Origin: Macrostomum lignano
Taxonomy: Eukaryota
Length of the DNA: 64,000 bases
Assembly: GCA_002269645.1 (NCBI GenBank)
Contig: NIVC01002921.1
Coordinates: forward strand, 65,835-129,834
Reading direction: 5' to 3'
In this document: piece by piece, positions 1-12,609 of the stretch
Layout of the letters: the number at the start of each line of letters is the position of its first letter
Numbering within the stretch: the first letter of the stretch is position 1
Position numbers and translations under genes: made by a program
Notes under the pieces: model-generated
Database searches by the model: none
Told to the model about the DNA's origin: nothing
The model's input: only the letters and a program-made list of their open reading frames with translations

Positions 1-2
1 CC

Positions 3-3000
3 CGGCTGACGGCGCTGCCTGCCGGCTGCTACGTGAGTCACGTGGCCTGCGCCGACCGAGTCTGCTGCTGCGTCGTGGTCGAAGAGGACGCCGAGAACAA
101 GCGTCGGGCTGCTCCGCTGGCCGCCCGAGTGCTGCACGAGCTGCTAGCGGGAGAGAAGGCCTACCTGCAGCAGCTGGCCGTGCTGTACGCCGCCTGCATC
201 CAGATGGTTATTCGGCGACGGGACTTGCACGAACAGATGCAGGTGAGTGCATGTCACGGTGCTGTTGCATGTCTGTCACTGTGCTGTTGCATGCCTGTCA
301 CTGTGCTGTTGCATGCCTGTCACTGTGCTGTTGCATGCCTGTCACGGTGCTGTTGCATGCCTGTCACTGTGCTGTTGCATGCCTGTCACTGTGCTGTTGC
401 ATGCCTGTCACTGTGCTGTTGCATGCCTGTCACTGTGCTGTTGCATGCCTGTCACTGTGCTGTTGCATGCCTGTCACGGTGCTGTTGCATGCCTGTCACT
501 GTGCTGTTGCATGCCTGTCACGGTGCTGTTGCATGCATGTCACGGTGCTGTTGCATGCCTGTCACGGTGCTGTTGCATGCCTGTCACTGTGCTGTTGCAT
601 GTCTGTCACTGTGCTGTTGCATGCCTGTCACGGTGCTGTTGCATGCATGTCACTGTGCTGTTGCATGCCTTTCACTGTGCTGTTGCATGCCTGTCACTGT
701 GCTGTTGCATGCATGTCACGGTGCTGTTGCATGCATGTCACTGTGCTGTTGCATGCCTGTCACTGTGCTGTTGCATGCCTGTCACGGTGCTGTTGCATGC
801 CTGTCACTGTGCTGTTGCATGCCTGTCACGGTGCTGTTGCATGCCTGTCACTGTGCTGTTGCATGCCTGTCACGGTGCTGTTGCATGCCTGTCACGGTGC
901 TGTTGCATGCCTGTCACTGTGCTGTTGCATGCATGTCACTGTGCTGTTGCATGCCTGTCACTGTGCTGTTGCATGCCTGTCAGTGCTGTTGCATGCCTGT
1001 CACTGTGCTGTTGCATGCCTGTCACGGTGCTGTTGCATGCCTGTCACTGTGCTGTTGCATGCCTGTCACTGTGCTGTTGCATGTCTGTCACGGTGCTGTT
1101 GCATGCCTGTCACTGTGCTGTTGCATGCCTGTCACTGTGCTGTTGCATGCCTGTCACTGTGCTGTTGCATGCCTGTCACTGTGCTGTTGCATGCCTGTCA
1201 CTGTGCTGTTGCATGCCTGTCACTGTGCTGTTGCATGCCTGTCACGGTGCTGTTGCATGCCTGTCACTGTGCTGTTGCATGCCTATCACTGTGCTGTTGC
1301 ATGCCTGTCACTGTGCTGTTGCATGCCTGTCACTGTGCTGTTGCATGCCTGTCACTGTGCTGTTGCATGCCTGTCACTGTGCTGTTGCATGCCTGTCACG
1401 GTGCTGTTGCATGCCTGTCACTGTGCTGTTGCATGCCTATCACTGTGCTGTTGCATGCCTGTCACTGTGCTGTTGCATGCCTGTCACTGTGCTGTTGCAT
1501 GCCTGTCACTGTGCTGTTGCATGCCTGTCACTGTGCTGTTGCATGCCTGTCACTGTGCTGTTGCATGCCTGTCACGGTGCTGTTGCATGCCTGTCACTGT
1601 GCTGTTGCATGCCTGTCACGGTGCTGTTGCATGCCTGTCACTGTGCTGTTGCATGCCTGTCACTGTGCTGTTGCATGCCTGTCACTGTGCTGTTGCATGC
1701 CTGTCACTGTGCTGTTGCATGCATGTCACGGTGCTGTTGCATGCCTGTCACGGTGCTGTTGCATGCCTGTCACGGTGCTGTTGCATGCCTGTCACTGTGC
1801 TGTTGCATGCCTGTCACGGTGCTGTTGCATGCCTGTCACTGTGCTGTTGCATGCCTGTCACTGTGCTGTTGCATGCATGTCACGGTGCTGTTGCATGCCT
1901 GTCACGGTGCTGTTGCATGCCTGTCACGGTGCTGTTGCATGCCTGTCACTGTGCTGTTGCATGCCTGTCACTGTGCTGTTGCATGCCTGTCACTGTGCTG
2001 TTGCATGCCTGTCACGGTGCTGTTGCATGCCTGTCACTGTGCTGTTGCATGCCTGTCACGGTGCTGTTGCATGCCTGTCACGGTGCTGTTGCATGCCTGT
2101 CACTGTGCTGTTGCATGCCTGTCACGGTGCTGTTGCATGCCTGTCACGGTGCTGTTGCATGCCTATCACTGTGCTGTTACATGCCTGTCACGGTGCTGTT
2201 GCATGCCTGTCACGGTGCTGTTGCATGCCTGTCACGGTGCTGTTGCATGCCTGTCACTGTGCTGTTGCATGCCTGTCACTGTGCTGTTGCATGCCTGTCA
2301 CTGTGCTGTTGCATGCCTGTCACTGTGCTGTTGCATGCCTGTCACGGTGCTGTTGCATGCCTGTCACGGTGCTGTTGCATGCCTGTCACTGTGCTGTTGC
2401 ATGCCTGTCACTGTGCTGTTGCATGCCTGTCACTGTGCTGTTGCATGCCTATCACTGTGCTGTTGCATGTCTGTCACTGTGCTGTTGCATGCCTGTCACG
2501 GTGCTGTTGCATGTCTGTCACTGTGCTGTTGCATGCCTGTCACTGTGCTTTTGCATGTCTGTCACTGTGCTGTAACATAGCTGTCAAGGCACTCTAACAT
2601 GACTGTCAGGGTACTGTAACATGACTGTCAGGGTACTGTAACATGACTGTCAGGGTACTGTAACATGACTGTCAGGGTACTGTAACATGACTGTCAGGGT
2701 ACTGTAACATGACTGTCAGGGTACTGTAACATGACTGTCAGGGTACTGTAACATGACTGTCAGGGTACTGTAACATGACTGTCAGGGTACTGTAACATGA
2801 CTGTCAGGGTACTGTAACATGACTGTCAGGGTACTGTAACATGACTGTCAGGGTACTGTAACATGACTGTCAGGGTACTGTAACATGACTGTCAGGGTAC
2901 TGTAACATGACTGTCAGGGTACTGTAACATGACTGTCAGGGTACTTTAACATGGCTCTGCTCTTTATAATGTGTCCGCTTTGCTGTAATCTTTGCTGTAA

Positions 3001-6000
3001 CTGTTTTTAGCCACTGTCAGTTCTGTAAAGAAAGCTTATCGAAAGTTCACTTTTTATTAAAATTGTATAAAATTGTATAAAAAACCGTCAAAAATTGCAT
3101 CGGCAGTATCTGCAATACATTTCAGGAAAACGCCTGGGGCAGCGCAATGCTCAGCCTGTTTGACAGCACCGTGCACCTGTTGCACCTGGCCTATCTCAAC
3201 TGCCAGCACCTCACCCGGGTGCTCAAAGGCGAGCTCGACCTCGCCGACACGCCGATGTTCGGCTGGCGCGACTCCTTCCTGAGCAAATTCGAATTCCACC
3301 TGGCCAGCTACGCCGACTGCTTGGCCGTCAACGCCTTCGCCAGCCTGTTGAAGTCTGCCGACTCCGTCATCGACGATCGCCAGCTGTTCGCCGGCCTGGC
3401 CCCGCTGCCGGCCAAAGGCGAGGAGCGCCTGGAAGCGGTGCGAAACCGGTTCCAGGAGCCGCTCCGCCGCCTGTACACCTACCGGAGCCTGCTGCGCCAG
3501 CTGGTGCCTTCACCGAATCCGCCGCAACATTCGCCAGATGATGACGAAGACGACCAGCTCCACAGCAATGACGAAGACATCGGCGCTGACAAGCCCGACG
3601 ACGCCGGCGACAGTGACGAGCCGTCCGGTCTGGACGCGGCCTGGAATCTGCGCATGTCGCTGGACAAGCTGGCCGAGCGCCGCGAGTCCGAGCTGCAACA
3701 CGCGGCTGTCACTGTTGAGCGCTACCTGAGCCTGAGCAGCAAGGCTATGAACCAGCTGCTCAAGCCCAAACGGAGGCTGCTGTTTGATAGTAAATCCGTG
3801 CCTGCCTATGCGTCTAAGAGTTTGCGCGGCTCCAGCTCCACTGTCTACCTGCTGTTCGATGATGCCTTTGTGCAGGTGCGACTGGGCTGATTGAAACCCT
3901 ATGCTGATCTTATCAATATGTAACTGGCTCGGCTGCTTGCCATCTTCCCATCTTTACCTAGTTATCTAGCTTGACCCATCTGGCTAGCTTGACCCATCTG
4001 ACTAGCTTGACCCATCTGACTAGCTTGACCCATCTGGCTAGCTTGACCCATCTGACTAGCTTGATCCATCTGGCTAGCTTGACCCATCTGACTAGCTTGA
4101 CCCATCTGGCTAGCTTGACCCATCTGGCTAGCTTGACCCATCTGACTAGCTTGATCCATCTGGCTAGCTTGACCCATCTGACTAGCTTGACCCATCTGAC
4201 TAGCTTGACCCATCTGACTAGCTTGACCCATCTGGCTAGCTTGACCCATCTGACTAGCTTGACCCATCTGGCTAGCTTGACCCATCTAACTAGCTTGACC
4301 TATCTGACTAGCTTGACCCACCTGGCTAGCTTGACCCATCTAACTAGCTTGACCTATCTGACTAGCTCGACCCATCTGGCTAGTTTGACCCATCTGGCTA
4401 GCTTGACCCATCTGGCTAGCTCGACCCACCTGGACATGGCTAGCTTGACCCACCTGGACATGGCTAGCTTGACCTATCTGGCTAGCTTGACCCATCTGGC
4501 TAGCTCGACCCACCTACATGGCTAGCTTGACCCACCTGACCAACTTTGACCCAGTTCTCTAGCTTGACCCACCACTTATTAGCCTCTATCCAACGACCTA
4601 CCCGAAGGTCCACGGCTCCAGCGTGACCGCCTGGCCCCTGGCCGTGCTCTGGCTGGACGTGCAGGACGCGCAGAGCTCGTCGGGCTCGTCGGGTGGTTCG
4701 CCCTCGGCCTCGCCTCACTCGGCAGACGGGCAGGCCAAGCTGGTGCTGTTGAAAACGCCCGAGGACACGCTGAAGCTGTACTTCGCCAGCTGGGAGGACA
4801 AGACCACCTGGATCACCAACCTGTACCGGGCGATCAACTCTGTGGTGAACAGCAATGTGCTGTCGCAGCGCCGATCCACCGCCCTGACCGTTGGCCCGCC
4901 GGAGCAGCGCTACGGAGTCTACACCTTTAAGGTAGGGAGGGTGTCAGTTAGTATTTGGAGTTTTCAGGGAGGGCCAGCGAGACAACCTGCGATTAAGGCA
5001 CTGCCCCGTTTCCGCAGTCTCGTATGAAAGCATTCTCTATATTGCTCTCTTCTAGAAGAGAGCGACCGCCGCCGCCGGTCGATCTGGAACTCCTAAACGA
5101 TCGAGTAGTATTATTCGCTTTGGCCCTAAAAAGCTAACTGAGGTGACAACGCGGATGGAAGGGGCGCCCAAGTGCTCTTTATTTTGCCATTTAATCTCGG
5201 ATACAGACAGATTTTTGTGCGCTTATGATGCTACTTATTATATTATAGTAGTACGAATGGGGTCGCCTTTTTTAATTACGTGAACAGCAGACATTTCACC
5301 TTAAAATCAATAATTTACCTGTTTCTTAGAAAATATTGAAGAAACTTAAAGAATAAAAAAGATGACAATTTACGTTGGCAATAAACCCTAAATTAATTGC
5401 ATGGCATTACAAGATTAGAAAATTACTTAATCAGCTGATTCTACGAGTATATTAATAATTTAATATGCAAGTAATTTAAACTGAATTATTATTGATTTCC
5501 ATGACGAATCTATGATTTTAATAAGAATGCTTTATGACTTTGAATTCGAACCCAGGCCGGCAGCTTCAAGGACTGCACCTACTCGGGCTACTGGATGTCC
5601 GGCCTGATGGAGGGCCAGGGCCGCCTGGTGTTCCCGAATCGCAGCTTCTTCATTGGCCACTTCGCTCGCAACAGGATGCACGGCCAAGGTGTGTTCACCA
5701 CGCCGGCTCCGGCGTCCTCTGCGTCCTCTGAGCACCGTAGCAACGGTGCCGGCGTCCTTGGCAACGATAAATCCGAAGCTTCAGCGTCAGCTACGGCTGC
5801 CGATGCGGCGTCTGGCCCTGCGGCCGTTGAAGCTCTGGAAGAGATTCGCGAAGGCGCCTGGCGGGACAATGTACAATGCGGCCGCGGCTCAGTCCGCTAC
5901 GCCAACGGGGACGAGTACTTCGGCAATTTCCTTGACGGCCAGCGGGACGGCTTCGGCCACTTCCAGCAGTACCTGGCCGGCCGCCTGGCCTGCACCTACA

Positions 6001-6474
6001 TTGGCGAGTGGCGCCGGGACGTCCGGCACGGCTACGGAGTTGAGTACTCGGAGCGGACCGGGCAGCACTACTCAGGCTACTGGGCCAATAACTTGCGCCA
6101 CGGCTGCGGCGTGCTGCTCAGTCTGGACGGCGCCTACAAGCGGGGCGGATTCGACCGGGGCGAGCTCACCGGGCCCGGCCTGGTGGTGCGCGGCCACTGC
6201 GGCGGCGGCGACTCTCCGCTGCTGTACGATGGCGAGCTGACGGCGGCCAGGCCGCAGGGCAAAGGCGTGCTGTACGCCGGCGGACTGGCTCTGACTGGCG
6301 CCTTCTCTGGCGACTTCGACGAATTGAAGTTCAATGGTACCGTCAGGCGGAGGGGCCGAAGCGGCGGCGATGCTGGCGGCGGTAGCGAGTCAGCTTTGAC
6401 GGTACGGGGGGGCTGCTCTCTGTCTGGCTGTCTGTGTATGTCTGTCTGTCTGTGTCTGTCTGTCTGTCTGTCTG

Positions 6475-6513
<39 letters not shown>

Positions 6514-6516
6514 GTA

Positions 6517-6579
<63 letters not shown>

Positions 6580-6626
6580 GTCTGTCTGTCTGTCTGTCTG
6601 TGTCTGTCTGTCTGTCTGTCTGTCTG

Positions 6627-6661
<35 letters not shown>

Positions 6662-8610
6662 TGTCTGTTTGTCTGTCTGTCTGTCTCTTTGTCAGTCTGT
6701 CCAACGCACATTCGTTTCACTCCGCTGCCTGTCAAGCCTGTATAAAATTTTCCAAGTCGCCAACGCCGGCTGCAGGCCGCCGCCGAGCGGTTCGTGCCGA
6801 GCCTGGCGGCCCTCCTCAAATCCGAGTGCGCAACCCCGGCCGGCCAGCAGCAATTCTGCGTGCCAGCTGACGACAAATGGGCGGCGCTGTTCGCCGAATG
6901 CCGCGACCTGCTGTGGCGCGGCAGCTCCGGCGCCGGCGCCGATGATTCGCCGGAGGATCGGGCGCGCGTAGCTTGGCGCAACGTGGCCATTGCGATCGCG
7001 GCGCAGACAGAGATGGGCGCCACCGGGGCGCCAAGGCACCACGCCGAGCTGGAGGCGCTGCAACGGATTCCCGACCCGGAGCAGGTGCGTCAAGTCTCTT
7101 GCTACTGTTCTTTAGGTGGTACTGAGGCAAATTAAGGCACAGAAAGTGTACATAATTAGAAAGTCAGTGCCGTTGTACACCCTGAGTGAGCGCCTGCGCA
7201 CAGCATAGTCAGCGCAATTGGCAGAATTGCCTCGGCGCTTGTCGTGTGGGACTATTTCGCCGAAGGCGTTGCGCTAGGGAATACACACCTTCCCAGGTCC
7301 TCAGCTAGCTAGGTTTCGGTGCCGTCTGTAAGATTACAGGCACAGCCTCTATTCCCTATCGCGCACTAATCGATCAGGCCCTCACCCTGGAGAGCCTGGA
7401 GCGCATCAAGGACTATCTTGGCAGGGCGTTCGCCTGCCGGGCCCACCCGCTGGGCGACCTTATGGCCTCCCTGGTGCGGGCATTCGACCTGGGCTACACC
7501 AACTGCGCCGCCCACCCGCTCATGCTGCTGCACGCTCGCGAGGAGGTCCAGTCCATTGTGTCCCGGCTCTACCAGCTGGTACGGGCTCTGTTCCCCTGTC
7601 TGCCGCTGGAGCACCAGCTTGTGGAAATCTACCCGGCTGCTCATCAGTTCGGCGTTGATGCAATCAAACAGCTCGGCGACGTGCGCGTTATTGACGAGGG
7701 TCACGTGACGGCTAGTTATCAGTTCTTGTCCGACAATTTTCTGAGAAGCTTCTTTTTACCACTGGTGTTTCCTACGCTGTTTAATCTGTACGTTCTGGCC
7801 GGCGCCAAGGAGAAGGACTACTATTTGCGGAAGGTGAGGCTCTTGAAGCTTGCTTTCGCTTGCCGCTATCATCTCTGCTCTCATCCCTCTTTCATCTCTT
7901 CTCTCATCTCTGCTCTCATTCCCGCTCTCATATATCTGCTCTCATATCTGCTCTCATCCCTCTTTCATCTCTTCTCTCATCTCTGCTCTCATTCCCGCTC
8001 TCATCCCTCTCATCTCTGCTCTCATCCCTCTCATCTGTGCTCTCATTCCCGCTCTCATCTCCGCTTTGATTTCTATTCTCATTTCTGCTTTCATCTCAGT
8101 TCTGATCTGTTCTCTCATCTCAATTCCACTCCCACGCCACTGCCGCAGGTGACCCGCCTGGATGCCCTCAACGACCTGGCTCTGTTCTGCTCCCTCGGCG
8201 TGCCGGACTCGCTGCAGCTGCTGAACGCTGAGGCCGATGGAGAGCAGCAGACGGAACGCCGCAGTCTCCGGCACAGGTGCCGCTACATGCCCGCCGTACG
8301 CCGCCTGCGCGAAATCAGCACCTGCTATTCTCCCAGCCAGAAGATGACAGTGGTGTGCGACTGCATCGACCTCATGGTGCAGGCCGTGTCGCAGTACTCT
8401 CAGGAAGGCGACTCCTCTCGTCTGGGCTCGGACGGCCTGCTGCCGCTCATCATCTACATGCTGGTGCGGGCTCACATTGCCGACCTGGGCGCCGAGCTCG
8501 CTTTTATCTACGATCATTTCACTAGCGACGGCCGGAACACCTTCATTCTGACCAAACTGGTTATCGCTTTTCTCACCCTGCTTGAGCAGGACAACTCGCT
8601 GCAGCTGTGA
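3..8610 (+). CDS. ALS2: Alsin-like Rab5/Rac GEF, 5'-partial (RCC1 tail, DH, PH, MORN repeats, VPS9); 7 exons in window
   Basis: Exons <3-242, 3126-3875, 4608-4931, 5556-6401, 6776-7084, 7378-7833, 8149-8610 join in frame with GT..AG ends (the 6776 acceptor is the least certain). Motifs: RCC1-like [12 protein letters not shown] start [33 protein letters not shown] repeats ([28 protein letters not shown]), alsin-like [14 protein letters not shown] and AHPLGDL, VPS9 [26 protein letters not shown]. Domain order matches alsin. Confidence 0.88.
248..2575. repeat. 22-nt minisatellite (GCATGCCTGTCACTGTGCTGTT)n, ALS2 intron
   Basis: Period 22 read directly (GCATG at 311 and 333). It has no stop in any forward frame, which explains the 774-854 aa Cys-rich ORFs. 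Confidence 0.97.
2590..2952. repeat. 22-nt minisatellite (ACATGACTGTCAGGGTACTGTA)n
   Basis: About 16 near-identical copies directly after the first array, in the same intron. Confidence 0.95.
3962..4560. repeat. 18-nt minisatellite (CTAGCTTGACCCATCTGR)n, ALS2 intron 3876-4607
   Basis: Direct inspection; source of the THLASL/MGQASQ pseudo-ORFs. Confidence 0.95.
6418..6690. repeat. (TCTG)n microsatellite, ALS2 intron
   Basis: Direct inspection. Confidence 0.95.
7862..8120. repeat. Degenerate CT-rich repeat (CTCTCATCT core), ALS2 intron 7834-8148
   Basis: Repeated TCTGCTCTCATT/CTCTCATCT motifs between donor AAG|GTGAGG and acceptor GCAG|GTG. Confidence 0.85.
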
Positions 8611-8736
8611 GGCCTCACTGGGCTCTTTAATGACCGAACGTTTTGCGGAAAAGTATTATTTGTGTCTGTCTGGATGTCTACTTTTAAACTTTGTGTCCAG
8701 TTTGTCCGTCTATTATACAGTGCATCGGTTTCTTGA

Positions 8737-9130
8737 TTGTGTCCATAGCCCAGAATTTGTGTCTGCCTCTTTATCATTTCTGTCCATAGCCCAGAATTTG
8801 TGTCTGCCTCTTTATCATTTCTGTCCATAGCCCAGAATTTGTGTCTGCCTCTTATCATTTCTGTCCGAAGCCCAGAATTTGTGTCTGTCTCTTATCATTT
8901 GTGTCCGCAGCCCAGAATTTGTGTCTGCCTCTTATCATTTGTGTCCGTAGCCCAGAATTTGTGTCTGCCTCTTATCATTTGTGTCCGTAGCCCAGAATTT
9001 GTGTCTGCCTCTTATCATTTGTGTCCGCAGCCCAGAATTTGTGTCTGCCTCTTATCATTTGTGTCCGTAGCCCAGAATTTGTGTCTGCCTCTTATCATTT
9101 GTGTCCGAAGCCCAGAATTTGTGTCTGTCT
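8737..9130. repeat. 40-nt minisatellite (GTGTCCGTAGCCCAGAATTTGTGTCTGCCTCTTATCATTT)n in the probable ALS2 3' UTR
   Basis: About 10 copies, each a dimer of related 20-mers (GTGTC...ATTT); AATAAA follows at about 9134. Confidence 0.93.
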
Positions 9131-10418
9131 CTAATAAAATTTGTGTCCCCTTGTCGGAATATCTTTTTTCTATCCGCTTCTATTCAATATTTGCGTCTCG
9201 CCCATCTCCCATAGAATGTGTCCATCACTCTCCTTAGTTCCCTAAGCTGCAACTGTTCTTTACGCTCGCTCCGTCACTCAGTGTGCAATCCGATAAATGC
9301 ATTGGGTTTTTTGTTTAAAAATTGAAGTCAGCGCACCTGCTTAACTGCCTACAGTCCAACGCATAATCAAAACGGGCTTATATATAAATCAACAAAAATA
9401 TTCGTGTCTAATTCACTATTTTGTCACATATATAATTAAGCATATTGTGCGTAATTTCGTCTGCTCGTCTTTCAGTGTTATATTATTCGATACAATTTTA
9501 ATTTGTTATAAGTCGACAATATTTTCAATGGCGAATTTTAATTGGCTGCAACAGTTGGTTTTGTGCCCGCCCTATCCGATAATTCAGTTCGCTTAAGCGC
9601 TGTTGTTGTCTTTGATGTTTTTTTTTAATCATAATTTAATACATTATTTCCCCTTTACACTACTGACAGGTCTTACTCAAGTAGAAACGTTCGCGTATTT
9701 TTGTAACTTATTTTTACACAATATTGTATTTTGTGTTTTTGTTTTAGCGAGTTATTCGTACTGATGAGAGAAGTGAATTCTGTTTCCCATTTATTATTTC
9801 TGCTACTCTCTGATGATTTGGCTGTCCGCTTATGCTTATGAAAGTAGTTGGCTTTGCTTCTTCTTTTATTTTTATTTCTGCAGCGCCTTAAGTGATGACA
9901 GCTGGGTACTCTATAAATAGTCTACTTAGACTACTTAGTTTAAGTAGGATAAAGCATGGCTTATTAGATAGTGAGATAGCTCTGGCTCCGAGAATGAACA
10001 TTCTTTATGCGGTAATTTAATTTTTCTTGGCAAATCATTTATGACCGCTCTCAGATAAAATTAACAACTATAAAATCTATACAATAAAGATTTAATTTTA
10101 GATTTACCTTTTTTGTTATTTTAACTAACCGATATCTGTGTTGTTTGTTTGTTACAATTTTCTTCATTGTGTCCTCGAGGAGCTTTTTGATATTCATTTA
10201 ATACTAATTATTTTTATTTGGATAATTGCAACGATTGCAGACCCCCCCCCGCTATGTTAACTGCCCTCTGCTTGCCTCCTAATTAGCGGCTCAGCGTCTC
10301 ACTTGTCCGTCTTTTCAGCCCCACAGTTCATTCCCTGTCTGTGCAGCAGTGCAACTGTTATTTAAATTTATCATTCACTCAAAAACTTGTCTCTCCGCTT
10401 GTCCTGTCTTCTGTCGGC

Positions 10419-10672
10419 ACCCACTGGGAAAAAATTGCGACCACAGGCTGACGACAAGTTGACGACAAGTCACCCTGTCGTCGCCATTGGCAGTCGACCA
10501 ATCAGAGGCCGATAGAAAGCAGGCAGCGAAGCAGATTTGGAAGCGCGCATTTGCACGATCACTACTGAGTTGAACAAATCATACTTATTTCTGTAAATCG
10601 ATAGTCAATCGACAAGGCTGTCGTCTCTAAACTGTCGTGGCTTGTCGTCACTGCAATTTTTTCCCAGCGGGT
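10419..10672. mobile_element. Putative MITE (non-autonomous DNA transposon), about 254 bp
   Basis: Left end ACCCACTGGGAAAAAATTGC (10419-10438) and right end GCAATTTTTTCCCAGCGGGT (10653-10672) are 19/20 inverted. Subterminal GACGACAAG motifs on the left are mirrored as CTTGTCGTC on the right. No ORF. TSD unclear (CA left, TA right if the termini are CCC..GGG). Confidence 0.75.
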
Positions 10673-10958
10673 ATCTAGAAAAGGTTTTCACCTTTACTGT
10701 GCAAATTTAAACAGCTAATTAAAATGAATAACAAATATACCGATTATATAATTATCTAAGCAGTAAAATGCAAAACTTCTGTGTGTTTTACTTTTATTCT
10801 GACGAAAATTATTGCGTGGCATATTTTATTACTTTCAATAGTGCACTGAAAATATTCTATTTAAAATGTATTTGGCCGAAGTTTATTGAAGTGTTAGTTT
10901 TTTATATTACTGCCAGTAGCATGTAGCTAAACTAGATTTATTGCTTTACCCTTCATGC

Positions 10959-12392
10959 ATGTCCGCGCCGGAGCCCGAACCTGACAGCGCCGACGAGGCC
11001 CCAGCCGAGTACAGCAGCAAGTCGCGCAAGGCGCTGCACCGGCTGACCCCGGCGCTGGCCGAACTCGCCAAAACGGCGCCTAAGCGTAGCGCGCCGCGCG
11101 ATCCGCGCCACGACCCGCTGGTCAACGGCCGGTGCGTGCCGGCCGCCTGGGACTTCTTGCGCGAGGAGCGCCGTAGGGAGGCCAACAGGCTGGAGAAGTG
11201 GCTGAAGCGGCGCGACGGCAGCGGCGGCGGGCGGCACCAGCCCCTGTCGGAGGAGGAGCGCGAGCGGGCCAAGAGTCTGCTGCTCAGGCTGCGTCAGCTG
11301 GAGCGGCGGGAGCAGCTGCGGGACTCGCGGCGTCAGGTGGGAAATTTACCGTATAGTCTGTCTTAATCTGCATTTTATGACATGCCTGTCCATCTCCCTC
11401 TCCCAATATTCCCCTCCCAATGCAGTGTGTTTCCCCTCCCCAATGCAGTGTTTCCTCTCCCCAATGCAGTGTGTTCCCCCTCCCCAATGCAGTGTGTTTC
11501 CCCCTCCCCAATGCAGTGTGTTCCCCCTCCCCAATGCAGTGTGTTCCCCCTCCCCAATGCAGTGTGTTTCCCCCTCCCCAATGCAGTGTGTTCCCCCTCC
11601 CCAATGCAGTGTGTTCCCCCTCCCTAATGCAGTGTGTTTCCCCCTCCCCAATGCAGTGTGTTCCCCCTCCCCAATGCAGTGTGTTTCCCCTCCCCAATGC
11701 AGTGTGTTCCCCCTCCACAATGCAGTGTGTTTCCCCTCCCTAATGCAGTGTGTTTCCCCTCCCAATGCAGTGCGTTTCCCCCTCCCTAATGCAGTGTGTT
11801 TCCCCTCCCTAATGCAGTGTGTTCCCCCTCCCTAATGCAGTGTGTTCCCCCTCCCTAATGCAGTGTGTTCCCCCTCCCTAATGCAGTGCGTTTCCCCCTC
11901 CCTAATGCAGTGTGTTCCCCCTCCCAATGCAGTGCGTTTCCCCCTCCCTAATGCAGTGTGTTCCCCCTCCCTAATGCAGTGTGTTCCCCCTCCCTAATGC
12001 AGTGTGTTCCCCCTCCCTAATGCAGTGTGTTTCCCCCTCCCCAATGCAGTGTGTTTCCCCTCCCCAATGCAGTGTGTTTCCCCCTCCCCAATGCAGTGTG
12101 TTTCCCCCTCCCCAATGCAGTGTGTTCCCCCTCCCCAATGCAGTGTGTTTCCCCTCCCTAATGCAGTGTGTTTCCCCTCCCCAATGCACTCCCGCAGGTG
12201 ATGCAGGAGGTGCGCCGCGAGCAGGTGGAGCAGGCGGAGTGCAGCGGCCGGGTCAGCTACCTGTCCAGGGCGCAGCTGCGCGCCCGCCTGGAAGCCGCCA
12301 AAACTGCCAGCCTATCCGAGAAGGCGCGACAAAAACTGGAGAAGCGGAAAGCAGCTCGCGAGAAGAAGAGACGCCTGCCGCCGAAGTCGTGA
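10959..12392 (+). CDS. RRP36: rRNA-processing protein RRP36 (DUF947), 2 exons, about 190 aa
   Basis: Exons 10959-11336 and 12198-12392, phase-0 intron CAG|GT..CAG|GTG. Motifs EYSSK, RDPRHDPLVNG, WDFL and C-terminal LEKRKAAREKKRRLP match the DUF947 pattern from recall. AATAAA at about 12465. Confidence 0.78.
11415..12190. repeat. 23-24 nt minisatellite (CCCCCTCCCCAATGCAGTGTGTT)n filling the RRP36 intron
   Basis: Direct inspection; the last unit grades into the acceptor CACTCCCGCAG. Confidence 0.95.
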
Positions 12393-12609
12393 CCTCTGAG
12401 AGTCCGAGGCAGACTGGCGGGCATTTCAAGTTTAAATTTGCTTATTTATGTGTATAAACTGTTAAATAAATGCTTCAAATATTCAATTGAATCCACGGAT
12501 GTACCTTTTATGTTTAATTATTTTTTAATATTTTCTGTTTCAACTTAGGATTTGTAAATATTCCTCAATCAGTGGCCTGAAGGAGAAAAGAAGGAGGGGA
12601 GATGAAGCA

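Noticed and set aside
33-2597. 774-854 aa Cys/His-rich metallothionein- or keratin-like ORFs in all three forward frames
   Set aside because: Translation of a stop-free 22-nt repeat inside ALS2 intron 243-3125; the same 22-aa cycle appears in every frame.
5044-5085. Helitron 3' end (20-bp palindrome GCTCTCTTCTAGAAGAGAGC next to a CGACCG..CGGTCG hairpin)
   Set aside because: CTAG is not followed by T on the relevant strand and no 5' TC end or second copy was found; left as an unexplained intronic hairpin pair.
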